Shown: in pieces, positions 63,108 to 64,000 of the stretch | Layout: each line of letters opens with the position of its first letter | Position numbering within the stretch: position 1 is the first letter of the stretch | Assembly (NCBI GenBank): GCA_951406725.2 | Contig: OX597838.1 | Location: forward strand, 124,001-188,000 | Reading direction: 5' to 3' | DNA length: 64,000 nt | Source of the DNA: Octopus vulgaris | Taxonomy: Eukaryota | Notes under the pieces: model-generated | The model's input: only the letters and a program-made list of their open reading frames with translations | Told to the model about the DNA's origin: nothing | Database searches by the model: none | Translations under genes and position numbers: made by a program

Positions 63108-63350
63108 TCTTAAATCCTTAAAAATGTTTTAGCTCGAAGGCCGCGACCATGCTGGGGCACCACCGCTGAATGAGCTACACTAATATGTGAATCCACCTCT
63201 GATACATGGCACTTGATCAACAAGGGAGTTCGATGCCCCTGCCCGTATCTGTGTCTCCTGTCGTGAGGTAGGTTCATCTGGGACCCCCGACAAGAAGAGA
63301 TCCAGTTTAGTTTTAAAGAAACCCACATCCACACCATGTAAGTCTCTCAG
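63108..63350 (-). mobile_element. 3' end of a CR1-like LINE
   Basis: LRDLHGVDVGFFKTKLDLFLSGVPDEP..SNSLVDQ*, then tail ggtggtgccccagcatggtcgcggccttcgagctaaaac. Confidence 0.75.
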
Positions 63351-63617
63351 AAATATTCTTAAGTCTCTAAGAAATATTTCAAGAAATTTAATGAAAATAC
63401 ATAACGATGTTGCAAGAGAACAATGAAAATTCAATCATAATATATTGATACAATCGAAATATTTAATGGAAAATATGTTGTTGGTAAATAGTTTTTGTGT
63501 TTTGTGTTTTTTGTATTCCCTTAATTTCTCTGGTGAGCTTATTGTTTTGCTTCACGGGTTTTAACCCCTTTTCATTCCTCAGGGTCTTTACTTTCGTTAA
63601 AGGTTATACAAGATGTG

Positions 63618-63708
63618 ACCACAGATTGTTGATTCCGACATGTATTCTGAAGAAAGTTGTTAAGGATTGGTAGAAGAGACAAATAAGTGTTCGGGCCACT
63701 CGAGTAAG
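63618..63708 (+). repeat. Exact 78-bp duplicate of 61840-61917 plus one minisatellite monomer
   Basis: accacagattgttgattccgacatg...acaaataagtgttcggg is identical at both sites. Confidence 0.95.
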
Positions 63709-64000
63709 AATTTCTTGTGTCGAAAACAAACCAAATAAAGTATTTCCCTACAAAAAGTTCCCATCCGCCAAGCAGGGAGTCATGCCGAAAGTGTGTGGCT
63801 TAGGCTCCTTTTGTCTCTATGTATTCGTACGCATATATGTATGCACGCGAGCATGTATGTTGTATGTTTGTACTCATGTTTATGTATGTGTGAGTTTTTA
63901 ACCAAAGACAAGTACAAAAACGAGGATAAAAACAAAAATCAAACAGCAAAATACAAGTCCTGATGGTACACATAATAATAATAATAATAATAATAATAAT

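Overview
AT-rich, microsatellite- and transposon-dense eukaryotic DNA. The SINE, RTE, Dong/R4 and Penelope repertoire suggests an octopus or other coleoid cephalopod (inference). One host gene crosses most of the window on the minus strand: a Na+/Cl- dependent SLC6 amino-acid transporter of the GlyT/PROT/ATB0,+ branch. I traced 13 core coding exons (45047 down to 7437) with GT-AG boundaries and consistent phases. Two candidate alternative first coding exons both splice in frame: 45465-45782 (106 aa) and 54642-54677 (12 aa). The last exon lies left of the window. Introns and flanks hold RTE, CR1-like and Dong/R4-like LINEs, Penelope-like elements, Helitron and mariner relics, tRNA-derived SINEs and one 5S rRNA-derived SINE. 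The best observations are: a Penelope repeat carrying a tRNA-type Pol III head plus a minimal hammerhead ribozyme; a 5S-derived SINE sharing its 3' tail with a tRNA SINE and a CR1-like LINE; long intronic inverted repeats (candidate ADAR substrates); a PHD finger inside an RTE reverse transcriptase; and a 21-bp/63-bp higher-order minisatellite with an unexpanded twin 1.8 kb away. No CRISPR or prokaryotic system is supported.
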